Part shown: piece by piece, positions 1-10,595 of the stretch
How positions within the stretch are numbered: position 1 is the first letter of the stretch
Layout: every line of letters starts with the position of its first letter
Assembly: GCA_043764155.1 (NCBI GenBank)
Contig: JAYUKW010000033.1
Location: 6,126 to 70,125, forward strand
Reading direction: 5' to 3'
DNA from: Bdellovibrionales bacterium
Lineage (GTDB): Bacteria > Bdellovibrionota > Bdellovibrionia > Bdellovibrionales > UBA1609
Length of the DNA stretch: 64,000 bases
The notes under the pieces: model-generated
What the model was told of the DNA's origin: nothing
Database searches by the model: none
What the model saw: only the letters and a program-made list of their open reading frames with translations
Made by a program: the position numbers and the translations under genes

Positions 1-353
1 TTAGTTAGCAACGGGTTAACCCAAAGATCGACAGCGTAAAGCGCGACTGATGGATGACAGCCCACTTTAATATTACCAGCAACTGATAGCGTAGCGCCCT
101 TAGCTTTATCCCCGATGCGTTGCCAATCACTTAATAGAATCTCAACGTCTTTAGCTAAGACATCGGCCTCACGTGTCGCGTGCACACCGGATTTGGAACG
201 CACAAAAAGCTTAATTTTAAGAAGCTCCTCTAACCTTTGAAGAGAAACACTTAGACTTGGCTGCGTGATTCCAAGACGTTCAGCAGCCCTAGAAATATTT
301 TTTACATTATAGAGTTCTAAAAAGTATTTTAAATCTGATGGGTTTGGAAGCAT
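1..353 (-). CDS. LysR-family transcriptional regulator, N-terminal part (3' end runs off the window)
   Basis: Own translation of the minus strand from the ATG at complement 351-353 gives MLPNPSDLKYFLELYNVKNISRAAERLGITQPSLSVSLQRLEELLKIKLFVRSKSGV... This is the canonical LysR winged-HTH signature. It is absent from the ORF track because it is open at position 1. Confidence 0.7.
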   Translation of the reverse strand, partial: MLPNPSDLKYFLELYNVKNISRAAERLGITQPSLSVSLQRLEELLKIKLFVRSKSGVHATREADVLAKDVEILLSDWQRIGDKAKGATLSVAGNIKVGCHPSVALYAVDLWVNPLLT

Positions 354-625
354 AGTTTTTAACTATAACAATTTTATTCACTATTCAAGTAGCGCTTTCG
401 GTACCTTCATAATTCTTGTTTCTTCGGCAAAAAAAAGATAAGGATTTTTTGCAGAGATTTCCGTGCTCAAACCATTTGGGCTCGTCGGGCTGAATCAAGC
501 AGAAAACATTTTTTCACTTTCAACGCTGAAAGTAGTCAGACAAGAAATCTGCATTTTAATATAAGTCCAGGACTAGTTTCCAAATTCGCTATCCAAATCT
601 AATTAAATTAAATACTATTAAAAGT

Positions 626-1285
626 ATGAAATATTTAAAAATTGGAATTGGGATCGTTTTACTTGGGATTACTTTTATTATTGGCCTAAGCGCTTATAAT
701 ACCTTTCAAAACCGTATGAAGGATAAAAAAATTGACGACCTAGTTGGTCAATTTCAAAACAAGCTTAAAGCTAAACAAGAAGCTGGTCATTCGTTGTATA
801 AAATTAAAAATTGTAAAATCGTGATTTTTACAGATCTAAAACCAAATATTGAAATGGAATGTAAAGATCAAATCCTTATTGATGACGTAACTAGCTTTGA
901 CAAAGTTCAAGACAAGTTTGTGTTTCAACAAGATGGCGTTAAAGAGACTTTAATTTTTTATTCAAAAGTTAAAAAGAATAAAGCCGAGCTGATCTGTCGT
1001 TTGAGTTGGCCCTTAACTGCAGGTCCAATTACAAAATTAGGCGACGTGAATCGATATGGCATGTGCAACTTAAAATTAGAAAATTATAGCGCATGGTTAT
1101 CCTTAGATGAAAAAAAATACTTCGAAGTTAACGACGGCACTGATTTTACCAAAAATGATATTTTATCATTTTCACAAAAAGATATTGAATTGAATTGGAA
1201 TGATCCTAAAGGCAAGACTTTAAGTAACACTCTAACTTATGAAGTCACTTTTGAAGTAGATACATCAGAATTAAAAATAAGATAG
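626..1285 (+). CDS. hypothetical membrane-anchored protein
   Basis: 219-aa ORF with an N-terminal hydrophobic anchor (IGIGIVLLGITFIIGLSAY). No catalytic motif recognised. Confidence 0.5.
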   Translation: MKYLKIGIGIVLLGITFIIGLSAYNTFQNRMKDKKIDDLVGQFQNKLKAKQEAGHSLYKIKNCKIVIFTDLKPNIEMECKDQILIDDVTSFDKVQDKFVFQQDGVKETLIFYSKVKKNKAELICRLSWPLTAGPITKLGDVNRYGMCNLKLENYSAWLSLDEKKYFEVNDGTDFTKNDILSFSQKDIELNWNDPKGKTLSNTLTYEVTFEVDTSELKIR

Positions 1286-1327
1286 ATTAAGTTTATATCT
1301 CTACTGATATTTATTAATTCTATGTAT

Positions 1328-3175
1328 TTAAATATTTAAAGAGTCCAGTTCTTGAACCAAAACTTTTAAATCAGAGTATTTTTGCTGAAGTGCATTTTGC
1401 TTTTGTCCCACAAGTTTATAGTGTTCAGAAATCATCGAGTTTTTATCTTTTGATTCAGATAATAAAATAACTTCTAGTTTTTGATTGTCAGATTCTAGAT
1501 CCTCTTCCATTTTTAAAATTTCAGATTCTAGAACTTCAATACTTTTCTTTATACGATTTGATTTTTTTCGGTCCTCTTGACTTATAGCTACAGAATTTGT
1601 TTTTTGATTTGCAGCTTTAGGTACTGATGAACTTTTTTTCTTTGATGTCAGCGTATCTTCACCCCAACCGACTTTATCTAAAAAGTCTTGATATGTGCCT
1701 GCGAAAAAATGGGCTTTAGGCTCACCCTTACCATTCGGGCTTTCGCACCCTTCACTGCGTGATGGCTCTTTAAAATAAATCAAATGGGTCGCAAGCTTAT
1801 GTAAAAGTCCCTCGTGGTGAGTTACAAAAACGACGGGGCCTTCAAATTTATTGACCTCGTCCCCTAATCTTTCAACAGCGTCTCTGTCCAAATGGTTAGA
1901 TGGTTCATCTAGTAGTAAACAGTTGTTCGGGTAAGCTAGAATTTTTCCAAGTAAGACTCTGGCTTGTTCGCCCCCAGATAAGACTCCGATTTTTTTTAAA
2001 GCCTCGTCCCCTGGAAACATCATGGCTCCGCAGATCCCACGTACTTGTGTGATTGTGAGCAAAGGATTGGTCTGGGCGATCTCGTCAACTATAGTTGATT
2101 TTAGATTTAAATCTTTCTTATTGGTTTGATGATAAAATCCAATTTTAGTTTGAGGATGGACCCAAACTTCATCTTTTTTATTTGTAAGCTCTTGGGCCAA
2201 TTGTCTTAAGAGAGTGGTTTTACCTTTTCCGTTTTGTCCGACAATGGCGATTCGATCTGTCGGAGTTAATTCAAAAGATAAGTTTTCATAAAGGTATTCA
2301 CCTGGGGTGTAACCAAAACTTAAATTTTCAGCCTTGAGCAAACGTTTTGCTGGTGTTGGCAAATATGAAAATTTAAATCCAAGACTATTTTCGGCATCTT
2401 TTAATTCTATAATTTCAATCTTATCAATGGCTTTCATTTTAGATTGAGCTTGGGCCGCTTTGGACGCCTTGGCCCTGAAGCGTTCCACAAACTTTTCCAT
2501 CTCTTTAATTTTTTGATCTTGGTTGGCTTTACTTTTAACTAAAATTTCATATTCAAGCTTCACTTGATCGTAGTATTTTTGGGAAGGTCCTTTAATTTTT
2601 TTGGCTTCTGTTTGATAGATTCCCAACGTGTGAGTGATCACATGATCCATAAAATACTGATCATGTGTAATCAAAATCACTTCACCTGGATAACTTAATA
2701 AATAATCTTTAAGCCAACGTAAACTTAAAAGATCAAGATAGTTTGTTGGTTCATCCAGGATTAATAAATCTGGTTCTTGTAAAATACATTTAGCTAAGTT
2801 AATTCGAAGTTGGTAACCCCCAGAAAAACTAAGGGGGGACTTCTGCATGCCCTCAAGACTGAAACCTAAGCCTTGCAAAATTCTTTCAGCTTTATAGTGC
2901 TCGTAAACTTCTAAACCGTCACAGCACTCTTCAAGCACTGTGGCTTTATCAAATTCTAAATGCTGGGACAAATATCCTACACGGTACCCCTTAGGAAAAA
3001 CCACTTTGCCCGAATCCGCTTGAAGTTCGCCAATAATGATCTTTAAAAGTGTGGTCTTGCCGCAACCATTTCGACCCACAAGGCCTAAGCGTTCGCCTTT
3101 TGACATTGTAAACGAAAGGTCTTCAAACAGGATTTTACCTGGATAGGTTTTTTCTAAATTAGTCACCGAAATCAT
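1328..3175 (-). CDS. ABC-F family ATPase (two ABC domains, C-terminal coiled coil)
   Basis: Two Walker A loops (GRNGCGKTT, GQNGKGKTT), two signature motifs (FSGGYQ, LSGGEQ) and Walker B LILDEPTN/LLLDEPSN. No transmembrane domain. K/E-rich C-terminal tail. Confidence 0.9.
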   Translation of the reverse strand: MISVTNLEKTYPGKILFEDLSFTMSKGERLGLVGRNGCGKTTLLKIIIGELQADSGKVVFPKGYRVGYLSQHLEFDKATVLEECCDGLEVYEHYKAERILQGLGFSLEGMQKSPLSFSGGYQLRINLAKCILQEPDLLILDEPTNYLDLLSLRWLKDYLLSYPGEVILITHDQYFMDHVITHTLGIYQTEAKKIKGPSQKYYDQVKLEYEILVKSKANQDQKIKEMEKFVERFRAKASKAAQAQSKMKAIDKIEIIELKDAENSLGFKFSYLPTPAKRLLKAENLSFGYTPGEYLYENLSFELTPTDRIAIVGQNGKGKTTLLRQLAQELTNKKDEVWVHPQTKIGFYHQTNKKDLNLKSTIVDEIAQTNPLLTITQVRGICGAMMFPGDEALKKIGVLSGGEQARVLLGKILAYPNNCLLLDEPSNHLDRDAVERLGDEVNKFEGPVVFVTHHEGLLHKLATHLIYFKEPSRSEGCESPNGKGEPKAHFFAGTYQDFLDKVGWGEDTLTSKKKSSSVPKAANQKTNSVAISQEDRKKSNRIKKSIEVLESEILKMEEDLESDNQKLEVILLSESKDKNSMISEHYKLVGQKQNALQQKYSDLKVLVQELDSLNI

Positions 3176-3218
3176 AGATTATTAATAAGGGATTCGATGT
3201 GGAAAGGCCAACTAAAAA

Positions 3219-4760
3219 TTAGGACTTGGCTTTTTTTCGTCGAATCACTTTTTTAGCTGATTTATTTTTTTGTGATTTTGATTGTGTCTGAGATTTTAAA
3301 GAATAACTGACATTTACTTTTCGGTCAGAATTTGGATCACAGCGATCACAGTGCCCACATTTTTGAAGTTTATGGGTGTCTTTAAAATAATTTAAAATTT
3401 CGGCGTGACGACACAGATATCCTTCCGAATACGCTTGGATAGAATCTAAACTTTGCCATCTATGAGAAATTATTTTTTCTGACGCCTTGGCTGTACGAAT
3501 AAAAAATGAATGTAACATTCGATCTTTTTTTGCATACAACATTAAACATGTTGAATCCAGACCGTCTCGCCCGGCACGGCCGATCTCTTGGTAGTAAGAC
3601 TCGATATTGCCAGGCATTTGGGTATGAATCACTAAACGCACATCCGAATGATCAATTCCCATTCCAAACGCATTAGTCGCAACTAAAATTCTGATTTTTC
3701 CGTTCTGGTAACGCTCTTCAATGCTGACTCTTTTTTCAGAGCTTAAACCTGCATGATAGTAAGCCACTTTCTGATGAGTTTGCTTAATAAACATCGACCA
3801 CTCTTTACACTTGTCTCTGGTTCCACAGTAAATTATGACTCTTCCTAAAGGATGATTGTCTAAAGCTTGAAGCAAGGCCTCTTCTTTAGCTAAATCTGTG
3901 ACACAGGCTTCAACCTGGTAATACAAATTAGGTCTATAAAATCCATAAATATGTAAGGCAGGATTTTTTAAATTTAACGAAGACACAATGTCGGTCTTCA
4001 CTTGGGGCGTTGCTGTGGCCGTCAAAGCTATGATGGGCACCTTGGGACAAACTTTTCTTAAGACAGCCAGTTGGCCATATTCTTTTCTAAAGTCATGCCC
4101 CCACTGGGACACACAGTGAGCTTCATCAATTGCAAATAAATTTATTTTTTGATCCTTAATCCAATCCGTAAATCCAGGCTTTTGCACACGCTCTGGCGAC
4201 AAATATAAAATGTAGCCTTCGTGCATGCGAGCTTTCATATCTGCAAAAATCTGGCGACGCTCATCATTTTCTAAACCTGAATGCAGACACCCTGCTCCCA
4301 AATTTAAATTTCTTAAATGTCGAACTTGATCATTCATTAATGCAATCAGTGGAGAAATCACAATTGTGAGTCCAGGATTAACATAGGCCGGTAGCTGATA
4401 GCACAAAGACTTTCCACCCCCTGTTGGCATGACCGCCATCACATCTTGGCCTGACAAAATAGCATCAATGATAGCTCTTTGACCTAGACGAAAATTTTCA
4501 AGATTAAATTTAGTTTTTAAAATTTGAAGTAAAGTTAAATCTTCTTTAACTGATTTTAGATCTGAATTTAAATCTAAATTTATTTCTGATTTAAGTGTTA
4601 ATTCTTTTAACGATGGCACGTTACTTATCCCTAACTCACTTTTTAACACTATTTTTAAATCCAAAACTTCAGTGGAGAGTAATGAACTCAGTTCATTTAA
4701 ATCATCAAGAGAAGGACTATCGCCTAAATCCATAGTCAATTGGTTGGTTTTAACTTTCAA
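3219..4760 (-). CDS. recQ: ATP-dependent DNA helicase RecQ (no HRDC domain evident)
   Basis: Helicase motif I AVMPTGGGKSLCYQLPA and motif II DEAHCVSQWGHDFR. RecQ-Ct zinc motif CRHAEILNYF..CGHCDRC. The true start may lie downstream of the first ATG, since there is an ~85-aa N-terminal extension. Confidence 0.9.
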   Translation of the reverse strand: MKVKTNQLTMDLGDSPSLDDLNELSSLLSTEVLDLKIVLKSELGISNVPSLKELTLKSEINLDLNSDLKSVKEDLTLLQILKTKFNLENFRLGQRAIIDAILSGQDVMAVMPTGGGKSLCYQLPAYVNPGLTIVISPLIALMNDQVRHLRNLNLGAGCLHSGLENDERRQIFADMKARMHEGYILYLSPERVQKPGFTDWIKDQKINLFAIDEAHCVSQWGHDFRKEYGQLAVLRKVCPKVPIIALTATATPQVKTDIVSSLNLKNPALHIYGFYRPNLYYQVEACVTDLAKEEALLQALDNHPLGRVIIYCGTRDKCKEWSMFIKQTHQKVAYYHAGLSSEKRVSIEERYQNGKIRILVATNAFGMGIDHSDVRLVIHTQMPGNIESYYQEIGRAGRDGLDSTCLMLYAKKDRMLHSFFIRTAKASEKIISHRWQSLDSIQAYSEGYLCRHAEILNYFKDTHKLQKCGHCDRCDPNSDRKVNVSYSLKSQTQSKSQKNKSAKKVIRRKKAKS

Positions 4761-4925
4761 AGACGTACTCTGGGACTTAAGAACATATTAGATTGTATAC
4801 AAAGAGACATAAAATTATCTTTGACCCTAAGAATGTTAGGGTCAACGTTCGTCCGAAATTTGAATTGTAGTTTTATTTTAATGCTGACTTCGTCTGCAAC
4901 AAAAATCAAAAATTATTTTTTAAAT

Positions 4926-5663
4926 TTAAAGCGCAGTTCTATACCCAATAAACACGCCATCTTCTGAAGGACTTAAATATACTTTTTGAAGCGCGCTACT
5001 TTTTTTTACATTCAAATAGCTTAAGCCCAATCCATACGCAAGACCAAGGGTGGCCCCACCTACAACATCATGCAGTCGATGTGCGTTGTCATTAATTCGA
5101 CTCATGGCCACAAAACCGGCCATTGAGTAGGCCGCCACTCCCCAATACCACTCATGCTGTGTTCCGATGACAGAGGCAAAAGCGAAGGCCGAAGCAGTGT
5201 GACCCGATGGAAATGAGTCTCTGTTGTTAGAATTTGGTCTTGGTTCACGAACTATGGCTTTTATGATTGTCGTCATTAGACCCGTGTAGGCCGTTGCTTT
5301 AAGCATTAAGATTGATTTTTTTCTATGTTCTAAATTGTCTGTAAAAAGATAAAGGCCATATAATGTTGAAAGATAAAGTGCATTGGGTAGCATTTGTCCA
5401 GCAAGATCACCCCAAACAGAAAAACGACCTAATGGCTTATCATCAATCGCTTCATTTTGAATATTGTGTCCAAGATTGTCTTCGACACCATCGAAAGTCA
5501 GAATTAAAGTGAGGGCAGTACCACTGAGTAAATAGTATTTCGCTTCAGTAGTGAATGGAGAGGCTAAGTCTTGTCTCAATTGACTAAATAGACTAGCTTG
5601 AGCATGAGTTGAAAAAGTCACAAATAACAAAATCAACAATTTCAATTCAACCCTCTCACTCAA
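4926..5663 (-). CDS. PAP2-family (type 2 phosphatidic acid phosphatase) membrane phosphatase
   Basis: Three PAP2 motifs in order: KAIVREPRP, PSGH, SRINDNAHRLHDV. Signal/anchor at the N-terminus. Confidence 0.75.
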   Translation of the reverse strand: MSERVELKLLILLFVTFSTHAQASLFSQLRQDLASPFTTEAKYYLLSGTALTLILTFDGVEDNLGHNIQNEAIDDKPLGRFSVWGDLAGQMLPNALYLSTLYGLYLFTDNLEHRKKSILMLKATAYTGLMTTIIKAIVREPRPNSNNRDSFPSGHTASAFAFASVIGTQHEWYWGVAAYSMAGFVAMSRINDNAHRLHDVVGGATLGLAYGLGLSYLNVKKSSALQKVYLSPSEDGVFIGYRTAL

Positions 5664-5898
5664 ATTAACTTCAGTTAAATTTAGATTATATAAATATTTT
5701 AGACAATGAAATTACAAACGTTATAAATGCCTACGAATTGGACGAAAAATTTGATTTTTTTAATAAGGCGTCATTGTTGTCAGAGGAGTCTGTCAGAATA
5801 CATTTTTTAGTGAAAACGAACTCATAAAATGGTATTTAAGTATTTAATTTAATTTTATATTATTTTTTAAAATTTCATTTAAACGAAGCGAGGTTTTT

Positions 5899-6573
5899 TT
5901 GAGCGTTGTTGATTCTATTAAAAAAGCTTGGGTTCCAATAAATAGCGCAGGCTATCCCTTTATTTTTGTTTTTGCGCTGGTCACCTTTGTACTCAGTTTT
6001 ATTTCAGTTCATCTGTTTTGGATGGGGTTAATACTGACAGCGTGGTGCACGTACTTCTTTAGAGACCCAGATCGAGTCACCCCAAATGATCCCAATAGTA
6101 TTTTTAGCCCTGCCGACGGAACGATTTCTTTCTTAGGCCTTGTAAACTCGCCAAAAGAATTTAGTTTTAATCCAAATAAAAAACTTTTAAAAGTATCGGT
6201 CTTCATGAGTGTGTTTAACTGTCATGTGAACCGCTCGCCCATCAAGGGTGAAATCACAAAAGTTCATTATATCAAAGGCTTGTTCATAAATGCGGACCTA
6301 AATAAGGCCAGTGAAAATAACGAACGAAACCTGATGCAAATAAAAAACGACAAAATAGAAATTGGGGTAGTTCAAATTGCTGGATTAATCGCTCGACGTA
6401 TTTTGTGTTGGAGAAATGAATCGGATAGCCTTGAAGTTGGAGAACGCTTTGGTTTAATTCGCTTTGGATCAAGACTTGATGTGTTTGTTGATCCTGATCT
6501 TGTAAAAGCTAATGTGCTTATTGGCCAAACGGCGATTGCTGGCGAGACTGTCTTATTTAAAATAATTTTGTAA
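5899..6573 (+). CDS. psd: phosphatidylserine decarboxylase proenzyme (short type)
   Basis: 224 aa with a TTG start. Self-cleavage-type motif GLIRFGSRLDV near the C-terminus. Immediately upstream of pssA. Confidence 0.85.
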   Translation: MSVVDSIKKAWVPINSAGYPFIFVFALVTFVLSFISVHLFWMGLILTAWCTYFFRDPDRVTPNDPNSIFSPADGTISFLGLVNSPKEFSFNPNKKLLKVSVFMSVFNCHVNRSPIKGEITKVHYIKGLFINADLNKASENNERNLMQIKNDKIEIGVVQIAGLIARRILCWRNESDSLEVGERFGLIRFGSRLDVFVDPDLVKANVLIGQTAIAGETVLFKIIL

Positions 6574-6631
6574 ATTATTTGATCTTATTTAAAATAATTT
6601 TAATAACCTAAATCCTATAACTGGAAATTCT

Positions 6632-7441
6632 ATGACACATGCGACAACTAAAAAGCCTAGATCAAAGAACATTCCTGCAAGGTATTTGGTGCCCAATACC
6701 ATCACTTTAATTGCCTTGTGCTCAGGTTTGACGTCCATTCGCTTCGCTTACGAGCAACGATTTGAGCTGACAATTTTTGCCGTGCTATTTGCTGCCATCT
6801 TAGACGGAATAGATGGCAGAGCCGCGAGATTACTTAAAGCCTCTTCCAAATTTGGGGCCGAACTAGATTCATTGGCGGACTTTGTTAATTTTGGCGTAGC
6901 CCCTGGAATCATCGTTTATTTTTGGGCCCTAAAAGATTTTAAATCCTTAGGTTGGATTGTAGCGCTAACCTACAGTGTTTGTATTTGCTTAAGGCTCGCC
7001 AGATTTAATGTTGAAACGGAAGAGGAAAATGCGGCCCCTTGGAGAAAAAAATTCTTTCAAGGTACCCCTGCCCCGGCTTCAGCTGGACTGTTATTAATGC
7101 CTTTTTATACAAATTTTTTAGGCGTGGAAGTCATCATCCCCAATTCTATAATCTTGGTTTACACAATCGTTATTTCATTGTTGGCAGCCAGTAGTATCCC
7201 CACCTTCTCTTTTAAAGACTTAGGATCTATCCCAAGGCAAAGCATCAGAGCAGGTCTTGTGATAATCATACTTTTGGTTTCTGTTCTAGCGACTTTCACT
7301 TGGGAGTCCCTGATTGCCTTTGGATTAATTTACTTACTCACTATTCCATTTAGTATTATCAAATTTTCTAAATACGAAAAAAATGAAATCAAGCTTTCAG
7401 ACGAAGAGCAGATGAATCTGACCGAACAAGACTTTGAATAA
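6632..7441 (+). CDS. pssA: CDP-diacylglycerol--serine O-phosphatidyltransferase
   Basis: CDP-alcohol phosphatidyltransferase motif DGIDGRAARLLKASSKFGAELDSLAD. Multiple TM helices. Confidence 0.9.
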   Translation: MTHATTKKPRSKNIPARYLVPNTITLIALCSGLTSIRFAYEQRFELTIFAVLFAAILDGIDGRAARLLKASSKFGAELDSLADFVNFGVAPGIIVYFWALKDFKSLGWIVALTYSVCICLRLARFNVETEEENAAPWRKKFFQGTPAPASAGLLLMPFYTNFLGVEVIIPNSIILVYTIVISLLAASSIPTFSFKDLGSIPRQSIRAGLVIIILLVSVLATFTWESLIAFGLIYLLTIPFSIIKFSKYEKNEIKLSDEEQMNLTEQDFE

Positions 7442-7471
7442 AAAACTAGACCTTCTGTTTCTATTTTAAAT

Positions 7472-7506
7472 AAAAAAAGCCTACTTTTTTCAAAGTAGGC
7501 TTTTAA
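7472..7506. terminator. bidirectional rho-independent terminator between pssA and the convergent small lipoprotein gene
   Basis: The stem AGCCTACTTT (7478-7487) pairs with AAAGTAGGCT (7492-7501). It is flanked by an A-run upstream and a T-run downstream. Confidence 0.7.
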
Positions 7507-7530
7507 AATTTACTTTATAGTTATTAAAAA

Positions 7531-7728
7531 CTATTCAGCTTGCTCAGTAGCAGGAGTTTCTGTTCCTTCAACTGGAGCGGCTTCAGCAGCTTCGTCGCCA
7601 GCCTCTTCCATTGTGTCCATTGCTGGAGCTTCTGCAGGAACTTCTTCTTTTTTGCCTGGGCAACCAGTAACAGTAAGTGTGAATGCTCCTAATAATACGG
7701 CCGCTAACATTAACTTAATTGAATTCAT
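7531..7728 (-). CDS. small acidic lipoprotein
   Basis: 65 aa with a signal peptide and lipobox LTVTGC. The mature part is E/A/P-rich. Confidence 0.5.
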   Translation of the reverse strand: MNSIKLMLAAVLLGAFTLTVTGCPGKKEEVPAEAPAMDTMEEAGDEAAEAAPVEGTETPATEQAE

Positions 7729-8155
7729 AATTTTCTCCTTATAGATAGAATTCTTTATTAATAATTCATGCGTAAGTTAATCACTATCTTTGGTTAAAAT
7801 CAATAACATCAATTTGTATGCCATTAATAATTGCAGAAAAAAAATTTAAAACTAAGTTTTCATAGGTAAAATTTTATAAAACAAGAATGACATTTTTCGT
7901 CATAAATCTGAATTTAGCTAAAATCACCGATTTCTTAGTCCAAAGTTAATAAATTAAAAAATTTAATTGATATTAAAGACCTGGATGAACAGTTCTCAAC
8001 AACTTATCAGTTCCGTATTCATTAGATTTTCAACTAATAATAATTTTCACCTTTTTGTGGACGACAGGTAAACACATATCTAAACATACTTACTAAGACC
8101 AATCAGAATAGGTCTTGGCTTTAACAAAAAAATTTAAATCCTTAGAAGGAATTCA

Positions 8156-9292
8156 ATGTTTCAAAAATTTAATAGTAAATTTAAAGAAGAATCTAAAAAC
8201 AAACTTAACAATAAAAAACTTAAGATTAATTTAATAACTGCACTTATTGCATGCAATTTCTTGGTTTTTACGTCTAAAGCTGAGCTAGTTATTTTTGCTG
8301 AAGGAATGGCCGACCATGGCAACTTGATTGCAGATTTCGAACTGCAAACTGGTGAAAAAGTAATTATCACTGATTCAAGCTTTGCTGATAACTTAGAGTC
8401 ATTGAAAAATTACTCCGATCCAAAAGTTCTAGCCCAGCCAAATTCATTGAAACCAGATTTATTTATAACAAAAGATATCACGTACTTTTCTGCACTCAAA
8501 AGCCAAGGTTTTACCCAATCTATGGATCTGCTATCAGAATTCGAACTTATCAAAACTGGAATGATGGATTCTATCGACCAACATTGGGTGGGCTTGACTT
8601 TCAGAGCCAGAACCTTGGTCTTTAGAAGCGGCGTCGACGTCTCTGCCATCAACACATATTCCGATTTAGCAAAGCCCGAGTTTGAAGGCTACCTTTGCCT
8701 AAGAAAAGCTGACAACAGTTATAATTATGGACTGGTTTCATATCTAATTGAGCAGTACGGTGAAGCCGATGCAGAAACCATACTTTTAGGCTGGATGACT
8801 AACTTAGCTCAGCCTATTGACGATAAAAAAGGGGATTCTGTTCTAATAAAAGATGTCAGCGCAGGTTTGTGTGATTTAGCCTTAGTGAATCATTACTATT
8901 TAGCCCGTGAGTATCAAACAGCTGAAGCCGAACAGCGTAAAATGAATGTGAATGTAAAGTACTTAAATCAAGGCCAAGGCGGCGTGCACGTGAACGGATT
9001 TGGTGTTGCTTTCTTGAAAACGAGTCAACAAAAAGACTTAGCTCAAAAATTTGTTAAAATGCTGCTTTCAGAAAAAGCCCAGACACAAATTGCGACAGCT
9101 CAGTTTGCATTCCCAACAATTTCAACTTTAGCAGATCAAGTGATGAATCAAGGTTGGGGTAAATTCAACTATGATCCAGCAAACGGCTGGGGTCCATTTG
9201 AAGCAAGCCCCTTAGTTTGGTCTAAGATTGGCGAAAATTTGAACGCGGCCAAACAACTTATGCTGGACACTCAGTACATGGCCACAGAATAG
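8156..9292 (+). CDS. Fe(3+)-type ABC transporter periplasmic substrate-binding protein-like (FbpA/AfuA family)
   Basis: By recollection it resembles FbpA-type binding proteins (..HWVGLTFRARTLVFRS.., ..LALVNHYYLAREY..). N-terminal signal/anchor. No permease or ATPase gene is adjacent. Confidence 0.65.
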   Translation: MFQKFNSKFKEESKNKLNNKKLKINLITALIACNFLVFTSKAELVIFAEGMADHGNLIADFELQTGEKVIITDSSFADNLESLKNYSDPKVLAQPNSLKPDLFITKDITYFSALKSQGFTQSMDLLSEFELIKTGMMDSIDQHWVGLTFRARTLVFRSGVDVSAINTYSDLAKPEFEGYLCLRKADNSYNYGLVSYLIEQYGEADAETILLGWMTNLAQPIDDKKGDSVLIKDVSAGLCDLALVNHYYLAREYQTAEAEQRKMNVNVKYLNQGQGGVHVNGFGVAFLKTSQQKDLAQKFVKMLLSEKAQTQIATAQFAFPTISTLADQVMNQGWGKFNYDPANGWGPFEASPLVWSKIGENLNAAKQLMLDTQYMATE

Positions 9293-9329
9293 CTTCAAAT
9301 CAACTCAAGAAATATATTAGGAAATACAT

Positions 9330-10595
9330 ATGTTACGAATTATTTTTGTTTTACTGTTGTTTATAGGTTTCGGCTGGCTAGGCTCATCACAAGTCAGCCA
9401 TGAAAACATCAACTTAGCTAGTTTTAAGACTTACGTGGACCAGTTAAACTCAGGTCAAACATTAGACACTAAAGGTATGTCTTTAGATCAGTTTTTTATT
9501 CAACTCGGAGTACATTTTTTTATTCCCAATGCGAATGAATTAAAAACTAAATCTGAATTGTTAACTCAAAATATTTTAGGACTTTGCGAAGCTTTAAAAA
9601 ACCCATCGACGTCAACGGACACAACTCAGCTCGAAGCTTCAGCCAAAAATTCATGGAAAGACACCATGATGACTTATCATAAAATCTTAAGCGCTCCATT
9701 CGGACCGATTTACGACAACGACCGCGACATTGCTAATGGAATCTATAGCTGGCCTTTGATGTACGACTGTGGAATGCATGTTGAAATGCTTGAAATTAAA
9801 AACTCAGGTCAGTTTAGTCCAAAAGCCCTTTACACATCCCAAGGCTTAATGGCTGTTGAGTTCGCCCTTTTTAATGATTTAACTAGTACCACTTGTAACA
9901 ACAACCGTCGCTTCGCAAAAGTTCACGATTGGTTAAAAACAGATCAGGCTTCAAAAAAAATAGACTTATGCACTTTAGCTTTAAAATCTTCTGAAATAGT
10001 AAAATCCAAAGCGCAGAAATTAAATGAATCCTGGGCTTTGGATCAAGGGAACTTCACTTCTAAAATGGTAGATGGATCCACTTTTGAAAACTTCAAGACT
10101 GTTTTAAATAATTTAACAGACGCAATGTTCTACTTTGAAGTCGCCAAAGATGTTCAGCTTGGAAAGCCACTTGGTTTACACAAAGACTGTTTGAGTTCGG
10201 ATAAAAAATGCCCCGATGATATTGAACACAAGTGGAGTCAAACTGGTTTGGACGCGATTGAAATGCAGTTCATTGGACTTAATCAAATTTTTAATGAAGG
10301 TGGTTTCGGTCAGTATTTAACTTCGAAAGGATTCGGAAATGTTTACACTGATACAATAACTTTAACTTCATCGATTCTAGGTCGTATTCAAGATCTCAAA
10401 AAAACTGGAACTTTAAATGATCTGGTTTTAAATATGAATGCAAACGAATGCCAAAAAACAACAGACACAAATCTGTTGGTCCCTGTATGTGGTCTTCAAA
10501 AACAAATACGACAAGTCATCATACTTTTTAAATCTGAAATTTTACCGGCGCTTTCATTAAACGCTCCGTTAGTATTTCAAGGGGATGGGGATTGA
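9330..10595 (+). CDS. imelysin-like (peptidase M75 fold) iron-uptake-associated protein
   Basis: Signal peptide. The two-lobe pattern is recalled from imelysin/EfeM-like proteins (..AKNSWKDTMMTYHKILSAPFGPIYD.. and ..GLMAVEFALFND..). It is sandwiched between an FbpA-like gene and a TonB-dependent receptor and overlaps the receptor start by 4 nt. Confidence 0.5.
   Translation: MLRIIFVLLLFIGFGWLGSSQVSHENINLASFKTYVDQLNSGQTLDTKGMSLDQFFIQLGVHFFIPNANELKTKSELLTQNILGLCEALKNPSTSTDTTQLEASAKNSWKDTMMTYHKILSAPFGPIYDNDRDIANGIYSWPLMYDCGMHVEMLEIKNSGQFSPKALYTSQGLMAVEFALFNDLTSTTCNNNRRFAKVHDWLKTDQASKKIDLCTLALKSSEIVKSKAQKLNESWALDQGNFTSKMVDGSTFENFKTVLNNLTDAMFYFEVAKDVQLGKPLGLHKDCLSSDKKCPDDIEHKWSQTGLDAIEMQFIGLNQIFNEGGFGQYLTSKGFGNVYTDTITLTSSILGRIQDLKKTGTLNDLVLNMNANECQKTTDTNLLVPVCGLQKQIRQVIILFKSEILPALSLNAPLVFQGDGD

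Noticed and set aside
8033-8051. Fur box upstream of the FbpA-like gene (ACTAATAATAATTTTCACC)
   Set aside because: Only about 12 of 19 positions match the GATAATGATAATCATTATC consensus. That is not meaningful in DNA this AT-rich.
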